Shown: positions 32,715 to 43,503 of the stretch, one piece after another
Layout of the letters: each line of letters starts with the position of its first letter
Position numbering within the stretch: position 1 is the stretch's first letter
DNA from: Pontiella sp.
Lineage (GTDB): Bacteria; Verrucomicrobiota; Kiritimatiellia; Kiritimatiellales; Pontiellaceae
Reading direction: 5' to 3'
Length of the DNA: 64,000 nt
Assembly (NCBI GenBank): GCA_050290185.1
Contig: JBNKHE010000003.1
Span: forward strand, 270,729-334,728
The notes under the pieces: generated by a model
The model's input: only the letters and a program-made list of their open reading frames with translations
What the model was told of the DNA's origin: nothing
Database searches by the model: none
Position numbers and translations under genes: made by a program

Positions 32715-33653
32715 GTGGCGATAACCGTAAGAGCATTGTTGGACGAAGGCGCTGAGCAACTGGAAATCACTGTGGTGGCGGGCGAGAACTATCTTGACCG
32801 TAAACTGCAGGAAACCGCTATGAACCGACCGGGGTTGGCGCTGACCGGATTTTTCCAGTACTTCGCAAACCAACGTCTGCAGATTTTCGGGCTGGCCGAA
32901 TTCACCTACCTGAAAAGCCTGAGTCAGTCTGACAAGCTGGAACGGTTGGAGGGCCTGTTCAAACAGCAGATCCCCGGGATTGTTGTGACGCGCAACCGCA
33001 AGCCGCCCAAGGAAATCCTCTCCCTGGCCGAGCAGTACAATGTGCCGGTTTTGCGCAGTGGCATGGTCACCATGAATTTTGTGAACGAATGCACGGTATT
33101 GCTGGAAAAGCTTACGGCGCCGCGCAAACGCATCCAGGGCACCACCATGGAAATTATGGGGATTGGTGTATTGCTGCGGGGAGATCCCGGCATCGGGAAA
33201 AGCGAAACGGCTTTGTCGCTGATTGAACGAGGCTACAGCCTGGTATCGGACGATGTTACGGAAACACGAAAGACCAGCCGGGGCCGGATTCTATGCTGGG
33301 CAAATGAAGTTACGCGCTATCACATGGAAATCAGAGGATTGGGAATTATCCATGTCCCCAGCCTCTTCGGGGTGTCATCGATCCGCCGGCATACGGAGCT
33401 GGATCTGGTTGTTGATCTGAAGCAGCCTACGGGCGATGAAGACCGAACCGGAGTGCACCCGAGTACCGTCGAGATCCTGGGATGCGCAATCCCCTGCATA
33501 ACGCTTCCGGTACGGTCTGGACGTGACATGGCCAATATTGTTGAGGTGGCGGCCCTTAACCAAAAGCTTAAGGAACTCGGACACGATGCGGCCAAGGAGC
33601 TCGACGACAAGGTTATAAACCGGCTGACCAGAGGGCGGGTGCAGCATGGCTGA
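32715..33653 (+). CDS. hprK: HPr kinase/phosphorylase
   Basis: NRPGLALTG, GDPGIGKSETAL, LVSDD, MEIRGLGII. Confidence 0.96.
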   Translation: MAITVRALLDEGAEQLEITVVAGENYLDRKLQETAMNRPGLALTGFFQYFANQRLQIFGLAEFTYLKSLSQSDKLERLEGLFKQQIPGIVVTRNRKPPKEILSLAEQYNVPVLRSGMVTMNFVNECTVLLEKLTAPRKRIQGTTMEIMGIGVLLRGDPGIGKSETALSLIERGYSLVSDDVTETRKTSRGRILCWANEVTRYHMEIRGLGIIHVPSLFGVSSIRRHTELDLVVDLKQPTGDEDRTGVHPSTVEILGCAIPCITLPVRSGRDMANIVEVAALNQKLKELGHDAAKELDDKVINRLTRGRVQHG

Positions 33654-33924
33654 GAATACTATCGTTAAGAGTTTCAAGGTTGAAAACCAATATGGAATTC
33701 ATGCTCGGCCTGCCGCATTGCTGGTGAAGGCGGCCGGTAAATATGAGTGCGACATATTCATTGAAAAGGATGGAAACAGCGTCTCATGTAAAAGTATAAT
33801 GGGCTTGATGACGATTGAAGGGTATCCGGGCAGCATGATGAAGGTTACAGCATCTGGGAATGATGCCCGCGATGCCATGGCCGAAATCGAGGAGCTGTTC
33901 GTTAATAAATTCTACGAGGACTAG
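33646..33924 (+). CDS. ptsH: Phosphocarrier HPr
   Basis: GIHARPA (His15), KSIMGLM (Ser46). Confidence 0.95.
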   Translation: MAENTIVKSFKVENQYGIHARPAALLVKAAGKYECDIFIEKDGNSVSCKSIMGLMTIEGYPGSMMKVTASGNDARDAMAEIEELFVNKFYED

Positions 33925-33929
33925 GGTGG

Positions 33930-35705
33930 GTGTCGGTTAGGAATCACAATGCTGAAATATGCCTTAAGGGTATCGGGGTTTCTCCGGGAATCGCTGTATG
34001 CCGGGCCCAGTTGCTTTCCTTTCAGAAAGATAGCGCCGTTTCGCGGTCAATAAGTAAGGATGAAGTCCCCTGCGAAATTGCCCGCTTTGAAGAAGCGCTT
34101 ATCGCAACCCACGAACAGATCAAGCACATTCAAAAGCAAGTGGCGGAAGTCCTGGGGGAGGAGCATGCCAGTATCTTCGATGCGCACCTCCTTGTGGTGG
34201 ACGACCGCACTTTTATCGAAGATGTAATTCGCGGGCTTAAGCGCGACTTGTTGAATGTTGAGCCGGTCTTGCTGTCGGTATCCAACCGATATGCCGACAT
34301 GCTTTCCAAAGTGGATGATTCCTATCTTTCCGAGCGTGCTGTAGATATCAGGGATGTAACCAAGCGCATTCTTGCCAATCTGGCCGGAGAATCGTTGGGT
34401 CAGATCGCAAATATCAAGGAGCCGTGTATCGTGGTATCTCACGATCTGTCTCCTTCGGATACGGCCAGTATTGACAAAACGGTGATCAAGGCGTTTGTGA
34501 CCGACCTCGGGAGTTCCACGTCCCATACCGCCATCATGGCCAAGGCTTTACAAGTTCCTGCCGTGGTCGGCCTGCATAATATTACGGCTGTGGTGGCCAG
34601 TGGCTGTACAGTTTTAATCGATGGGGCAAAGGGGCTGGTCTTTGTCAATCCTACGGAATCCAGACTGAAAGAATACCAGCGGAAGTCTGCTGAGCAGGAG
34701 CAGATTTTACTGGGCCTGGATGCATTGCGCGACAAACCGCCGGAAACGCTGGATGGATATCTGGTGCCCATTACGGCGAACATCGAGTTGATTGAAGAGC
34801 TGGACGCTGTTGGAGCAGGCGGAGCCCGAGGCATAGGGTTGTACCGGACGGAATTCTTGTTTCTTGGCCGGGAAACCCTCCCAGGAGAAGATGAACAGGC
34901 CGATGCATACATTCAGGCTGCAACGAGCCAGTATCCTTCCCCGGTGGTTATTCGCACCCTCGATATCGGTGCGGATAAACTGCCGGAATCGATTGAGTGC
35001 TTCGATGAGCTGAATCCCTTTCTTGGCGACCGTGCCATACGGCTTTGTCTTTCGCGTCCTGAGCTGTTCAAAACACAGTTGCGTGCGATTCTGCGGGCGA
35101 GTACCCATGAGAATATTCGCATGATGTATCCGATGATTTCGTGTGCGCAGGAGGTTCTTGACGCCAATGCGCTGTTAAGGGAGTGCATGGATGAGCTCAA
35201 GCATGCCGGGATTCCATTCAATGAAAACATTCAGGTTGGAACGATGATCGAAGTGCCTTCGGCTGCTTTGATCGCCGACCTGATCGCCCCGCATGTGAGT
35301 TTTTTCAGTCTGGGCACGAATGACTTGATCCAGTACACGATGGCCGTTGACCGGGGGAACGAAAACGTTGCCCATCTATACCGGCCAACGCACATGGCGA
35401 TCATTCGGCTTATCGATCATGTGGTGAAAGTCAGTCATGAGTATGGGTTGTGGACCTGTGTCTGCGGGCAAATGGCAGCCAGCCCATACTATGTGCCCTT
35501 GCTGATTGGGCTGGGTATTGACGAACTGAGCGTAAGCCCGTCCCAGGCGCCGATGATCAAAGATGTTATTCGCAAGCTCTACTATTCAAGCGCAATTGAT
35601 TTAGCGAACAAGGCATTGGCTTCGGAGTCTGCGGGACATGTTGAAACGCTCTGCCGCGACTTGATTGCTGAAATCGCTCCCGAGGTGATTGATTTCTCGG
35701 GCTAG
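33930..35705 (+). CDS. ptsI: PTS enzyme I
   Basis: TSHTAIMA, GLYRTEF, RTLDIG, NPFLG.R, SLGTNDL, CVCG. Confidence 0.96.
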   Translation: MSVRNHNAEICLKGIGVSPGIAVCRAQLLSFQKDSAVSRSISKDEVPCEIARFEEALIATHEQIKHIQKQVAEVLGEEHASIFDAHLLVVDDRTFIEDVIRGLKRDLLNVEPVLLSVSNRYADMLSKVDDSYLSERAVDIRDVTKRILANLAGESLGQIANIKEPCIVVSHDLSPSDTASIDKTVIKAFVTDLGSSTSHTAIMAKALQVPAVVGLHNITAVVASGCTVLIDGAKGLVFVNPTESRLKEYQRKSAEQEQILLGLDALRDKPPETLDGYLVPITANIELIEELDAVGAGGARGIGLYRTEFLFLGRETLPGEDEQADAYIQAATSQYPSPVVIRTLDIGADKLPESIECFDELNPFLGDRAIRLCLSRPELFKTQLRAILRASTHENIRMMYPMISCAQEVLDANALLRECMDELKHAGIPFNENIQVGTMIEVPSAALIADLIAPHVSFFSLGTNDLIQYTMAVDRGNENVAHLYRPTHMAIIRLIDHVVKVSHEYGLWTCVCGQMAASPYYVPLLIGLGIDELSVSPSQAPMIKDVIRKLYYSSAIDLANKALASESAGHVETLCRDLIAEIAPEVIDFSG

Positions 35706-35710
35706 CGTTT

Positions 35711-36418
35711 TCACTTGAGCCTTTCAATAAGCGTTGTGCAGTAGAACCAGACCTTTCCTAATTGATGGGCTGTGAATTTGTAAGCCAGCGCGGTTTCGTG
35801 TCCCAGCAGATCTCCAAATGTCAACAGGCGGGATTCCCCGAGCAGAACAAGCAGGAGTGCAATCACCAGCACATTCATGATGTAGATAACGGTATACGAA
35901 AAAACGCGACCGTGTTCCTGGACATCGGGTTGGTATTGGGAAAGCATATGGATGGTGAAGGTGATATGGAATGACCATGTAAGCCCCACCAATGCAAGCC
36001 ACCATAGCTGCTGACCTTGAACATCCAGCCAGATGCGAGCCACATAGTATGTGGCAATGGTCAGGGCGGTATAAAAAGGAAAGAAGTATGGGGCCAGCGT
36101 AATAATGAAATTGGTTTTCGACAATTCCACATGGCCGCCCTTGCTGCCCACTTTGATTTTTCCCACCCGGCTACCCATCATCAGGGCCCAGAGTGCATGC
36201 GTAAGTTCGTGTCCCAGGACATAGGTGCGAAAGGGTTTGGGGAGCAGGAAGAAAATGACAACCCAAACCATGAAACCGAGTGGAAGTGCCCATGCCGTCC
36301 ATCCCGTCTCCAGCGTGGCGTCCACCGAGGATTGATAGAGCGCAAACGTGGAAATCGAAACTGCCCAGACGAGAGGCCACATGCAGACGCCCATCAATAT
36401 TTTCAATAATTTCAACAC
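35711..36418 (-). CDS. Membrane metalloprotease-like protein (M50-like HExxH)
   Basis: HELTHAL, GGHV, LAPY; several TMs. Confidence 0.7.
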   Translation of the reverse strand: MLKLLKILMGVCMWPLVWAVSISTFALYQSSVDATLETGWTAWALPLGFMVWVVIFFLLPKPFRTYVLGHELTHALWALMMGSRVGKIKVGSKGGHVELSKTNFIITLAPYFFPFYTALTIATYYVARIWLDVQGQQLWWLALVGLTWSFHITFTIHMLSQYQPDVQEHGRVFSYTVIYIMNVLVIALLLVLLGESRLLTFGDLLGHETALAYKFTAHQLGKVWFYCTTLIERLK

Positions 36419-36532
36419 CGACCATGATGTACCCGATTTGGAGCGATGAAATCAAATGCATACATTGCTCATCAGAGGGTTTGTGTTTGGATCGGGTGGG
36501 AGCGGGGCTTGAGAATAACACCGTTGAGGGAG

Positions 36533-36561
36533 TTGACATTGCGGTCTAATCAGCCTAAAAA
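36533..36561 (+). promoter_or_regulatory. Possible sigma70 promoter for coaE-rho
   Basis: TTGACA, 17-nt spacer, TAAAAA (imperfect -10). Confidence 0.4.
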
Positions 36562-36633
36562 CATATCGTTTCTAGGAAAGACAACCCTCTGTTTTTCCCG
36601 TAATTCCAAGCCGGCTTTCCATTCCATTTATAT

Positions 36634-37251
36634 ATGTCTGACATTGAGCGCAGTGCCGTCGTTATAGCCATCACCGGTGGCATAGCCTGCGGCAAATCCG
36701 AAGTAGGTCGAATTCTGGGACACATGGGTTATTCCGTTTGTGATACAGACCGGGTTGCGCATGAATTAATGACGAAGGGGATGCCGGTTTATCAAAAGGT
36801 CGTTGAGTTTTTTGGAACGCGTATATTGACGGAAGACAGGGAGATATCGCGTCCGAAACTCGGAGAGATCGTATTCGAAACGCCGGCAAAATTAATGGAG
36901 TTAAACCGTTTGATCCACCCTGCTGTGCGCTCGGTTATTGAAGAATGGATTTCGCAGCGAAGGCGCAATCAAGAGAACGCAGCCGCTCAAATCCCATTGC
37001 TTTTTGAAAGCGGAATGCAGAACCTTGGCTGGGATGCCGTCGTATGTGTGTCGAGCAGCGAGGAACAGGTATATGAGCGACTGGAAAAACGGGGGGTCAG
37101 CCGGCAGAAAGCCCTCCGGCGGATCGCAGCTCAAATGCCGTTGGCAGAAAAAGAAAATTTATCGGATCGCGTGATTCGAAACTTTGGAACATTGCAAGAA
37201 TTGGAAGAGGCGACGCGGAAGACCATGGCAAGCCTCATTGTGGAAAGGTAG
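36634..37251 (+). CDS. coaE: Dephospho-CoA kinase
   Basis: [24 protein letters not shown]. Confidence 0.95.
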   Translation: MSDIERSAVVIAITGGIACGKSEVGRILGHMGYSVCDTDRVAHELMTKGMPVYQKVVEFFGTRILTEDREISRPKLGEIVFETPAKLMELNRLIHPAVRSVIEEWISQRRRNQENAAAQIPLLFESGMQNLGWDAVVCVSSSEEQVYERLEKRGVSRQKALRRIAAQMPLAEKENLSDRVIRNFGTLQELEEATRKTMASLIVER

Positions 37252-37253
37252 AT

Positions 37254-38840
37254 ATGAGCGACGAAAAAAATGTAGTTGAAGACGTGGTGGAATCCTCCGT
37301 GAAAGCAACAGAAGAAAACACGCCGGCAAAGAAAAAGACCCCTAGGAAAAAGGCCCCTGCAAAAAAGGCGGCCAAATCCGATGTGGAAGAAACTGCTAAA
37401 GCTCCCACTGAAATACCGACCGAAGATGGTCCGGTAGGCAGTGCCGACGCCCCGGCTAAACAAGATCAAGCCGAACGCCCCCAGCGCGACCGTAATCAAG
37501 GCAAACACGGAAAGAAGAATCGTAACGGGAAAAACAACAATCGTCGGGATCGCGACCAGCCCGTTCAAAATGTAGATAACCTTCCTCCGCTTTCGCTGCA
37601 TGAAATGCAGGTTACGCCGATCAATGATATCAAGGGCATGGCCGAAGAATACGGCATGCAGGAATACGATGGATTCGGCAAGCACCAGCTCATTTTCGAG
37701 CTACTCAAGCTCCATGGTCGGCGGGGAGGCCCCTTGCTGGGTCGCGGTGTGCTGGAAACCCTGCCGGATGGCTTTGGATTCCTTCGCTCGCCCTTGAACA
37801 GCTATCAGCCGGCGCCCGACGATATCTATGTTTCCCCCTCGCAGATTCGCCGATTCGGATTGCGAACCGGCGACTATGTGACCGGCAGCATCCGCTCGCC
37901 CAAGGAAAAGGAGCGCTTTTTTGCGCTGCTGCGTATTGATAAAATCAACAATGATGATCCCGATGCAGCCCGTAGACGGGTTCCTTTTGAAAACCTGACC
38001 CCGTTGTTCCCGAATGAACGGTTGGTCATGGAAACCGATCCCAAGGAAATTTCCATGCGGGTCATGGATATTGTTACTCCGATCGGCAAAGGGCAACGCG
38101 GCTTGATTGTTGCTCCTCCCCGAACCGGTAAGACGGTGCTGATGCAGAAGATCGCGAACAGCATTTCAAAGAACAACCCCGAAGCAAAGCTGATCATTCT
38201 GTTGATCGATGAACGTCCGGAAGAAGTCACCGACATGCGACGCACTACGCAGGCCGAAGTTCTGGCGTCAACTTTCGACGAGCCGCCGGAACGCCATACG
38301 CAAGTGGCTGAAATCGTAATCGAAATGTCAAAGCGTCTGGTGGAGAAGGGGCAGGATGTAATCATCTTGCTGGATTCCATTACCCGTCTGGCTCGCGCCT
38401 ACAACACGACTTCACCACATAGTGGTAAGATTCTTTCGGGCGGGGTCGACTCCAATGCGTTGCATAAACCGAAACGGTTTTTTGGTGCCGCCCGAAATAT
38501 CGAAGGGGGCGGAAGTCTCAGTATTATTGCCACCGCGCTGGTGGATACCGGAAGCCGGATGGATGAAGTGATCTTTGAGGAATTCAAAGGTACCGGCAAC
38601 ATGGAGCTGGGACTGGACCGGGAACTGGTGAATAAGCGCATCTATCCCGCCATCAACATTGAAAAATCCGGAACGCGTAAGGAAGAGCTGTTGCTGCATC
38701 CTGACGAGTTGCAGCGGATCTGGACGTTACGCAAGGCGCTCAAGGATGTGCCACAGGTTGAGGCCATGGAGTTGTTGATCAACCGCTTGAAGAAGACGAA
38801 CAACAATCTGGAATTCCTGATGACGTTGCAAGGGGCGTAG
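37254..38840 (+). CDS. rho: Transcription termination factor Rho (N-terminally extended)
   Basis: [44 protein letters not shown]. Confidence 0.98.
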   Translation: MSDEKNVVEDVVESSVKATEENTPAKKKTPRKKAPAKKAAKSDVEETAKAPTEIPTEDGPVGSADAPAKQDQAERPQRDRNQGKHGKKNRNGKNNNRRDRDQPVQNVDNLPPLSLHEMQVTPINDIKGMAEEYGMQEYDGFGKHQLIFELLKLHGRRGGPLLGRGVLETLPDGFGFLRSPLNSYQPAPDDIYVSPSQIRRFGLRTGDYVTGSIRSPKEKERFFALLRIDKINNDDPDAARRRVPFENLTPLFPNERLVMETDPKEISMRVMDIVTPIGKGQRGLIVAPPRTGKTVLMQKIANSISKNNPEAKLIILLIDERPEEVTDMRRTTQAEVLASTFDEPPERHTQVAEIVIEMSKRLVEKGQDVIILLDSITRLARAYNTTSPHSGKILSGGVDSNALHKPKRFFGAARNIEGGGSLSIIATALVDTGSRMDEVIFEEFKGTGNMELGLDRELVNKRIYPAINIEKSGTRKEELLLHPDELQRIWTLRKALKDVPQVEAMELLINRLKKTNNNLEFLMTLQGA

Positions 38841-38860
38841 TACCGCCGGGCAACTGCTGC

Positions 38861-38890
38861 AAGGGCGACCGTACCGGTCGCCCTTTTTTT
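38861..38890 (+). terminator. Intrinsic terminator after rho
   Basis: AAGGGCGACCG-TAC-CGGTCGCCCTT followed by T-run. Confidence 0.9.
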
Positions 38891-38950
38891 ATGATTTTGA
38901 CACATGGAATGAGGGGGCCTAGAATTACTTTCTACTAAGGGGGCATTGAC

Positions 38951-39901
38951 GTGAAAGCGACATCAAAGATGAACGCGGTAATCCTGGCAGGGGATCGCCG
39001 GGCTAGTATTCAGGTCCGGAGCGAAAACAAAGCCTTTCTTCCGCTTAAGGGGAAACCTCTGTTCATTCATGTCGTATGCACCTTGCAGGATGCTGAGCTT
39101 CTGGGGGAAATTGTTGTCGTAGGGCCCGGCGATAGGCTTCGGGAGGAGCTGGATAAGTACGGTATCGATGGGGTTCGCGTGGTGGAGCAGCGTGACAACA
39201 TGATTGAAAATTTCAAGGCGGGCTATGTTGCTGCTTTGGGATTGGGAGACGATGTCGATTTTTGGAGTTTAAAGGGGACTGGGCACGAGATGGTTCCTGT
39301 ACTTGTTTCGCCTTGCGACATCCCGTTGTTGATCGCAGATGAAGTCGACGAGTTTATCCGTCGCAGCAACATGCATGAATACGACTATTCCATTGGGGTC
39401 AGTTCAGAAAAAGTGCTGTCTCATTATTATCCGGAAGGAGGGAAACCCGGCATCCGGATGATCTATTTTCACGTAAAGGAAGATCTGCTTCGGCATAACA
39501 ACCTGCACATTGGCAAGCCCCTTACTTTCAAGCATCTCGATTACATTGAAAAGATGTACGAATGGCGCTACCAGACGCGGTTTGCGAATATCGTACGGAT
39601 GTTCTTCTCGTTGCTGTTCGCGGGGTGGCGCATGGTGAAAGGGTTGAGAGTGTTTATCTTGATGCAGCTATCGCTCTATTACGACCGCCACGGCCACCCA
39701 AAGCTTTCCGACCGGCTACGCTCGCTCGTCTGTTTCAACCGTTTGGCGGAAGGGATCGGAAACGCACTGGGCGCGCGTGTTCAGGTGGTGTACACCCACT
39801 TCGGAGGTGCCGTTCTTGATGCCGACAATGAAAAGGATCTTATGGCCATTGAAGAACGGTACGATGAGTGGATTGAATACCAGAAAAACCTCTTTGCCTA
39901 G
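38951..39901 (+). CDS. MobA-like NTP-transferase family protein
   Basis: AVILAG, NKAFLPLKGKP, PCDIPL, DAD..D. Confidence 0.75.
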   Translation: MKATSKMNAVILAGDRRASIQVRSENKAFLPLKGKPLFIHVVCTLQDAELLGEIVVVGPGDRLREELDKYGIDGVRVVEQRDNMIENFKAGYVAALGLGDDVDFWSLKGTGHEMVPVLVSPCDIPLLIADEVDEFIRRSNMHEYDYSIGVSSEKVLSHYYPEGGKPGIRMIYFHVKEDLLRHNNLHIGKPLTFKHLDYIEKMYEWRYQTRFANIVRMFFSLLFAGWRMVKGLRVFILMQLSLYYDRHGHPKLSDRLRSLVCFNRLAEGIGNALGARVQVVYTHFGGAVLDADNEKDLMAIEERYDEWIEYQKNLFA

Positions 39902-41292
39902 CTGGCGGATATTTGCTCCACGACAATACGGTTGCCGTGCACTTCGGTAATGCGGACCGGACTCTGATTGGGAATATAGTCTCCATACGTAACGACATCG
40001 AGTTTGCGTCCATCAAAGTAGGCAGTGCCGCTGGGACGTAAATCCGAGTGTGCAATGCCCTTCATGCCGACGAGTGTTTCCTCCTGCACCGGTACGGGTG
40101 AAACTGCCCCCAATGTGAGCGTGTTGAATAACCGGGTCTTGGGCAGGAATTTTCCAGCAACCATTGCGAGAGCAAAGGTGCCAATGAGGGCCAGCACGAT
40201 GTCTAGCATGGGCGTCGCGAAGGCATCAGCGGAAAACTCCAGCGGTCGCCATTTTCCCGGTACGTGCTCTACCATCATACTGACCAGAGAGATCAGAATG
40301 AGAAGAATTCCACTGATGCCGGCAACGCCGAATCCCGGAATCACAAAAACCTCCAATGCGATCAGACTGATGCCGGTCAGCAGAATAATGATGTCTTCCC
40401 AGCCTGCGAGCCCGGCAATGTGGTGTCCGAAATATAGCAGCAGCAGGCAGGAAATACCGGTAATGCCAAAAACGCCGAATCCCGGAACCTTGAATTCAAG
40501 CCAAAGGCCTCCAAACCCGCAGATCATCAGCAAAATGGCTATCCCCGGGGTTTTCACGAACCGGGCAATTTTTTCTGCTGAGGTGATCCGCAGTGTGTGC
40601 TTCTCGGCATTTTTCAGTCCTATGGTGACCAAAAGCTCATCCACGTTCTCGACCGTTCCTTCCGATAAAAGAGGTCGCTGATCGGTGCCGACCTGTTGGG
40701 AGGCTTCTTCGTTGGTCAGCGTTAGCAGGCGGCCGTTTTCGCTGATGACTTCGCCGTCTATGCTGTATTCCATATCCGCGCGCACCATGGCTTCCGCCAG
40801 CTCGGGATCGTGGCCTCCCTGTTCCGCCGCGGCGCGTACCATGGCCGCAACGGCGGAGGTCATTTTTTCCTGGACCTCGTCGGGCATATCCTGAACACCA
40901 CCCATCGGCGAAAGCATCAACGGGGTGGCGGCGCCGATCACGCTGCCGGAAGCCATGTAGATATGCGGGGTGGCCAAAGCGATGATTGCGCCGGCGGAAT
41001 AGGCGTCCTTTTCCACGAAGGTATAGATGGGAATGTCCGTGTGGGTGATGATTGAAATGATGTCTTCGGCTGCGCTGACCAGGCCGCCGGGGGTATCCAT
41101 CTCGAATATGATCGCGTCGGCATGGTTGCGAACGGCTTCATCCACGCCGCGCCGGATGACGTAAACAAGTGCCTGTTCTATCGTTTTCTTGATCGGGATA
41201 ATGTAGACCACGGACGAAGGCTGGACGTCCTGGGCGTGCGCGGAACATAGCATGAGGCTCGCGAGTAGAGTGAAAAGGCCGTTTCGAATCAT
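39898..41292 (-). CDS. nfeD: NfeD-family membrane-bound serine protease (long form)
   Basis: MDTPGG, AYSAGA, IGAATP, TM bundle (PGFGV.G), C-terminal OB (SDLRPSG). Confidence 0.88.
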   Translation of the reverse strand: MIRNGLFTLLASLMLCSAHAQDVQPSSVVYIIPIKKTIEQALVYVIRRGVDEAVRNHADAIIFEMDTPGGLVSAAEDIISIITHTDIPIYTFVEKDAYSAGAIIALATPHIYMASGSVIGAATPLMLSPMGGVQDMPDEVQEKMTSAVAAMVRAAAEQGGHDPELAEAMVRADMEYSIDGEVISENGRLLTLTNEEASQQVGTDQRPLLSEGTVENVDELLVTIGLKNAEKHTLRITSAEKIARFVKTPGIAILLMICGFGGLWLEFKVPGFGVFGITGISCLLLLYFGHHIAGLAGWEDIIILLTGISLIALEVFVIPGFGVAGISGILLILISLVSMMVEHVPGKWRPLEFSADAFATPMLDIVLALIGTFALAMVAGKFLPKTRLFNTLTLGAVSPVPVQEETLVGMKGIAHSDLRPSGTAYFDGRKLDVVTYGDYIPNQSPVRITEVHGNRIVVEQISAS

Positions 41293-41391
41293 CGAATGTC
41301 TCCCGTAGTTACGTCGCCATTTTTTTCCAGTCCTTGGAAAAAGGAAAGCGAAAACTTTCAATGTATGGAGAATGTGCGTATTAACAAATGC

Positions 41392-42087
41392 ATGAATCTA
41401 TCGGGTAAAAGGGCTTTGGTGACCGGCGGTGCTGTACGGATCGGAAGGGCGATCGTTAAGGCGTTGCAGTCGGAAGGTGTCGATGTGGTGGTGCATTACA
41501 ACCATTCCAGGGCCGATGCCGAGGATCTGTCCCCCTATACCGTACAAGCGGATTTAGAATGTCCGGAGGAGTCTTCCGCGCTGGTTGACCGGGTGGGTCC
41601 GCTGGATATATTGATCAACAACGCATCGATCTTTACCAAGGATAGCCTGGCATCATCGACGCCGGAAAAGACCTTGCGGGAATTCCAGATCAACCTGTTT
41701 TCGCCGATGGAGCTTACCAGAACGTTTGCCGCGCAGGGGAAGCATGGAGCCGTAGTCAATCTGCTGGACCGTCGGATTCATTGCCACGATACAACCTGTG
41801 CGCCCTATTCGATTTCAAAAAACGGGTTGGCTGAGCTGACCCGTTTGGCGGCATTGGAGTTTGCTCCGCATGTCCGGGTAAACGCCGTGGCTCCCGGGCC
41901 GGTGCTGCCTCCGCCTGGAAGCTCGGCCAGCAGTGCTCGCGAGCTGGCCGGAAACATTCCGCTCGACGAGTTGCCGACGCCGGATGAGATCGCTCAAGCA
42001 GTGATTTTTTTGCTTAAAGCCGAAGCCGTTACCGGCCAAATCATCTTCGTTGATGGCGGGCAGAATTTGTTAGGAAATGGAGTATAA
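41392..42087 (+). CDS. Pteridine reductase/FolM-like SDR
   Basis: TGGAVRIG, VHYN, NNASIF, YSISK, VNAVAPG; adjacent folB. Confidence 0.85.
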   Translation: MNLSGKRALVTGGAVRIGRAIVKALQSEGVDVVVHYNHSRADAEDLSPYTVQADLECPEESSALVDRVGPLDILINNASIFTKDSLASSTPEKTLREFQINLFSPMELTRTFAAQGKHGAVVNLLDRRIHCHDTTCAPYSISKNGLAELTRLAALEFAPHVRVNAVAPGPVLPPPGSSASSARELAGNIPLDELPTPDEIAQAVIFLLKAEAVTGQIIFVDGGQNLLGNGV

Positions 42088-42090
42088 AAC

Positions 42091-42441
42091 ATGGATCGTA
42101 TTTTTATTCGTGATCTTGCCCTGCGCTGTATTATCGGAATCTATCCCGAAGAGCGCCGGGAAAAGCAGGATGTGGTTATCAATGTGGAGATGCTCTGCGA
42201 CTTGCGCCGGGCAGGGACGTCCGATGACCTGAACGACACGGTGGACTACAAGTCGATCAAGAAAGCGATCCTTAAACTGGTTGAAGGAAGCCGCTTCCAG
42301 CTCATCGAAACCCTGGCGGAAAAAATTTCCGGGATTGCGCTGGATGACGAGAAGGTACAACAGGTCGTGGTCACTGTTGATAAGCCCGGAGCCCTCCGTT
42401 TTGCGAAGAGTTCCGCAGTGGAAATTACGCGGAAGAGGTAG
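42091..42441 (+). CDS. folB: Dihydroneopterin aldolase
   Basis: IGIYPEER, TVDY, LIETLAE, KPGA. Confidence 0.94.
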   Translation: MDRIFIRDLALRCIIGIYPEERREKQDVVINVEMLCDLRRAGTSDDLNDTVDYKSIKKAILKLVEGSRFQLIETLAEKISGIALDDEKVQQVVVTVDKPGALRFAKSSAVEITRKR

Positions 42442-42456
42442 GGGATTTCGTTCTGC

Positions 42457-42490
42457 CTTCAGGCGGTTTCCTGAACCGGACCGCCTGAAG
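42457..42490. terminator. Hairpin between convergent folB and accA
   Basis: CTTCAGGCGGT ... ACCGCCTGAAG. Confidence 0.6.
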
Positions 42491-42511
42491 AACGGCGAAC
42501 GGAATACTGTC

Positions 42512-43480
42512 TTAGGCTACCGTGCCTTCGAAGATGCCCATGGACCGGAACTTGTCGTACCGTTCCGACATAATCTCCTCGGGCGATTTTTTCAATAGCT
42601 CGGTGAGGTTCTGGATAAGCGCGGCTTTAAGATTCTCAGCCATGGCGGAGAGGTCAACATGTGCGCCGCCCTTGGGTTCGGGGACGATTTCGTCGGCCAG
42701 TTTGAGTTTAAGAAGATCCTTGCCGGTGATCTTGAGGGCCTCGGCGGCTTTGTCGGAAAAGGCCCGGTCCTTCCACAAAATGGCTGCACAACCTTCCGGA
42801 GAGATGACGGAATAGTAGGCATGTTCAAGAATGAGCATGCGGTTGCCTATGCCGATCCCCAGCGCACCGCCGCTTCCGCCTTCTCCAATGATCACACAGA
42901 TGATCGGAACGCTGATATTGAACATTTCACGCAGGTTGACGGCGATTGCCTCTGCAATATGGCGTTCTTCCGATTCCAGGCCGGCATAGGCACCCTTGGT
43001 GTCGATCAGTGTAATGACCGGCACACCGAACTTGTCGGCCAGTTTCATCAGGCGCAAAGCCTTGCGGTAGCCCTCCGGGTGGGCGCATCCAAAATTACAT
43101 TCGACATTGCTTTTGGTGTCGCGGCCTTTCTGCGAGCCGAGGATCATCACCTTTTGTCCATCGATTCTGGCAAAGCCCCCGACGATTGCACGATCGTCGC
43201 GATGGATGCGGTCGCCGTGGATTTCCACAAAATCCGTCGTCATGGCCTTGATGTAGTCCATAGTATAGGGGCGGTCAGGATGGCGGGCAACCTGTACTTT
43301 CTGCCATGCACTCAGGTTCGCGTAGATCTCGTTGCGGGTGTTTTCGATCTTTTCCTTCATCCGTTCGATTTCATGGGAAACATCAATATCCTGTTCCTGA
43401 CTGAACGATTCAAGTTCGCTTAATTTGGTTTCAAGTTCTGCAATGGGACTTTCAAAAGGCAGGCTGTATTTTGCGCTCAT
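42512..43480 (-). CDS. accA: Acetyl-CoA carboxylase carboxyltransferase alpha
   Basis: ARHPDRP, PEGYRKALR, GEGGSGGA, SVISPEG. Confidence 0.98.
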   Translation of the reverse strand: MSAKYSLPFESPIAELETKLSELESFSQEQDIDVSHEIERMKEKIENTRNEIYANLSAWQKVQVARHPDRPYTMDYIKAMTTDFVEIHGDRIHRDDRAIVGGFARIDGQKVMILGSQKGRDTKSNVECNFGCAHPEGYRKALRLMKLADKFGVPVITLIDTKGAYAGLESEERHIAEAIAVNLREMFNISVPIICVIIGEGGSGGALGIGIGNRMLILEHAYYSVISPEGCAAILWKDRAFSDKAAEALKITGKDLLKLKLADEIVPEPKGGAHVDLSAMAENLKAALIQNLTELLKKSPEEIMSERYDKFRSMGIFEGTVA

Positions 43481-43503
43481 TCAGGGCTCCTTCCAAGGTG
43501 CAA

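Noticed and set aside
36473..36591. Imperfect inverted repeat CAGAGGGTT...AACCCTCTG as a possible 6S-like ncRNA
   Set aside because: The interior does not pair convincingly and the region is explained by divergent promoters
37254..37600. Low-complexity N-terminal extension of Rho
   Set aside because: Such extensions are well known in Rho from many phyla
41325..41372. TTCCA-N5-TGGAA palindrome as an operator between nfeD and the SDR gene
   Set aside because: One good copy plus one degenerate copy; insufficient to assign a function
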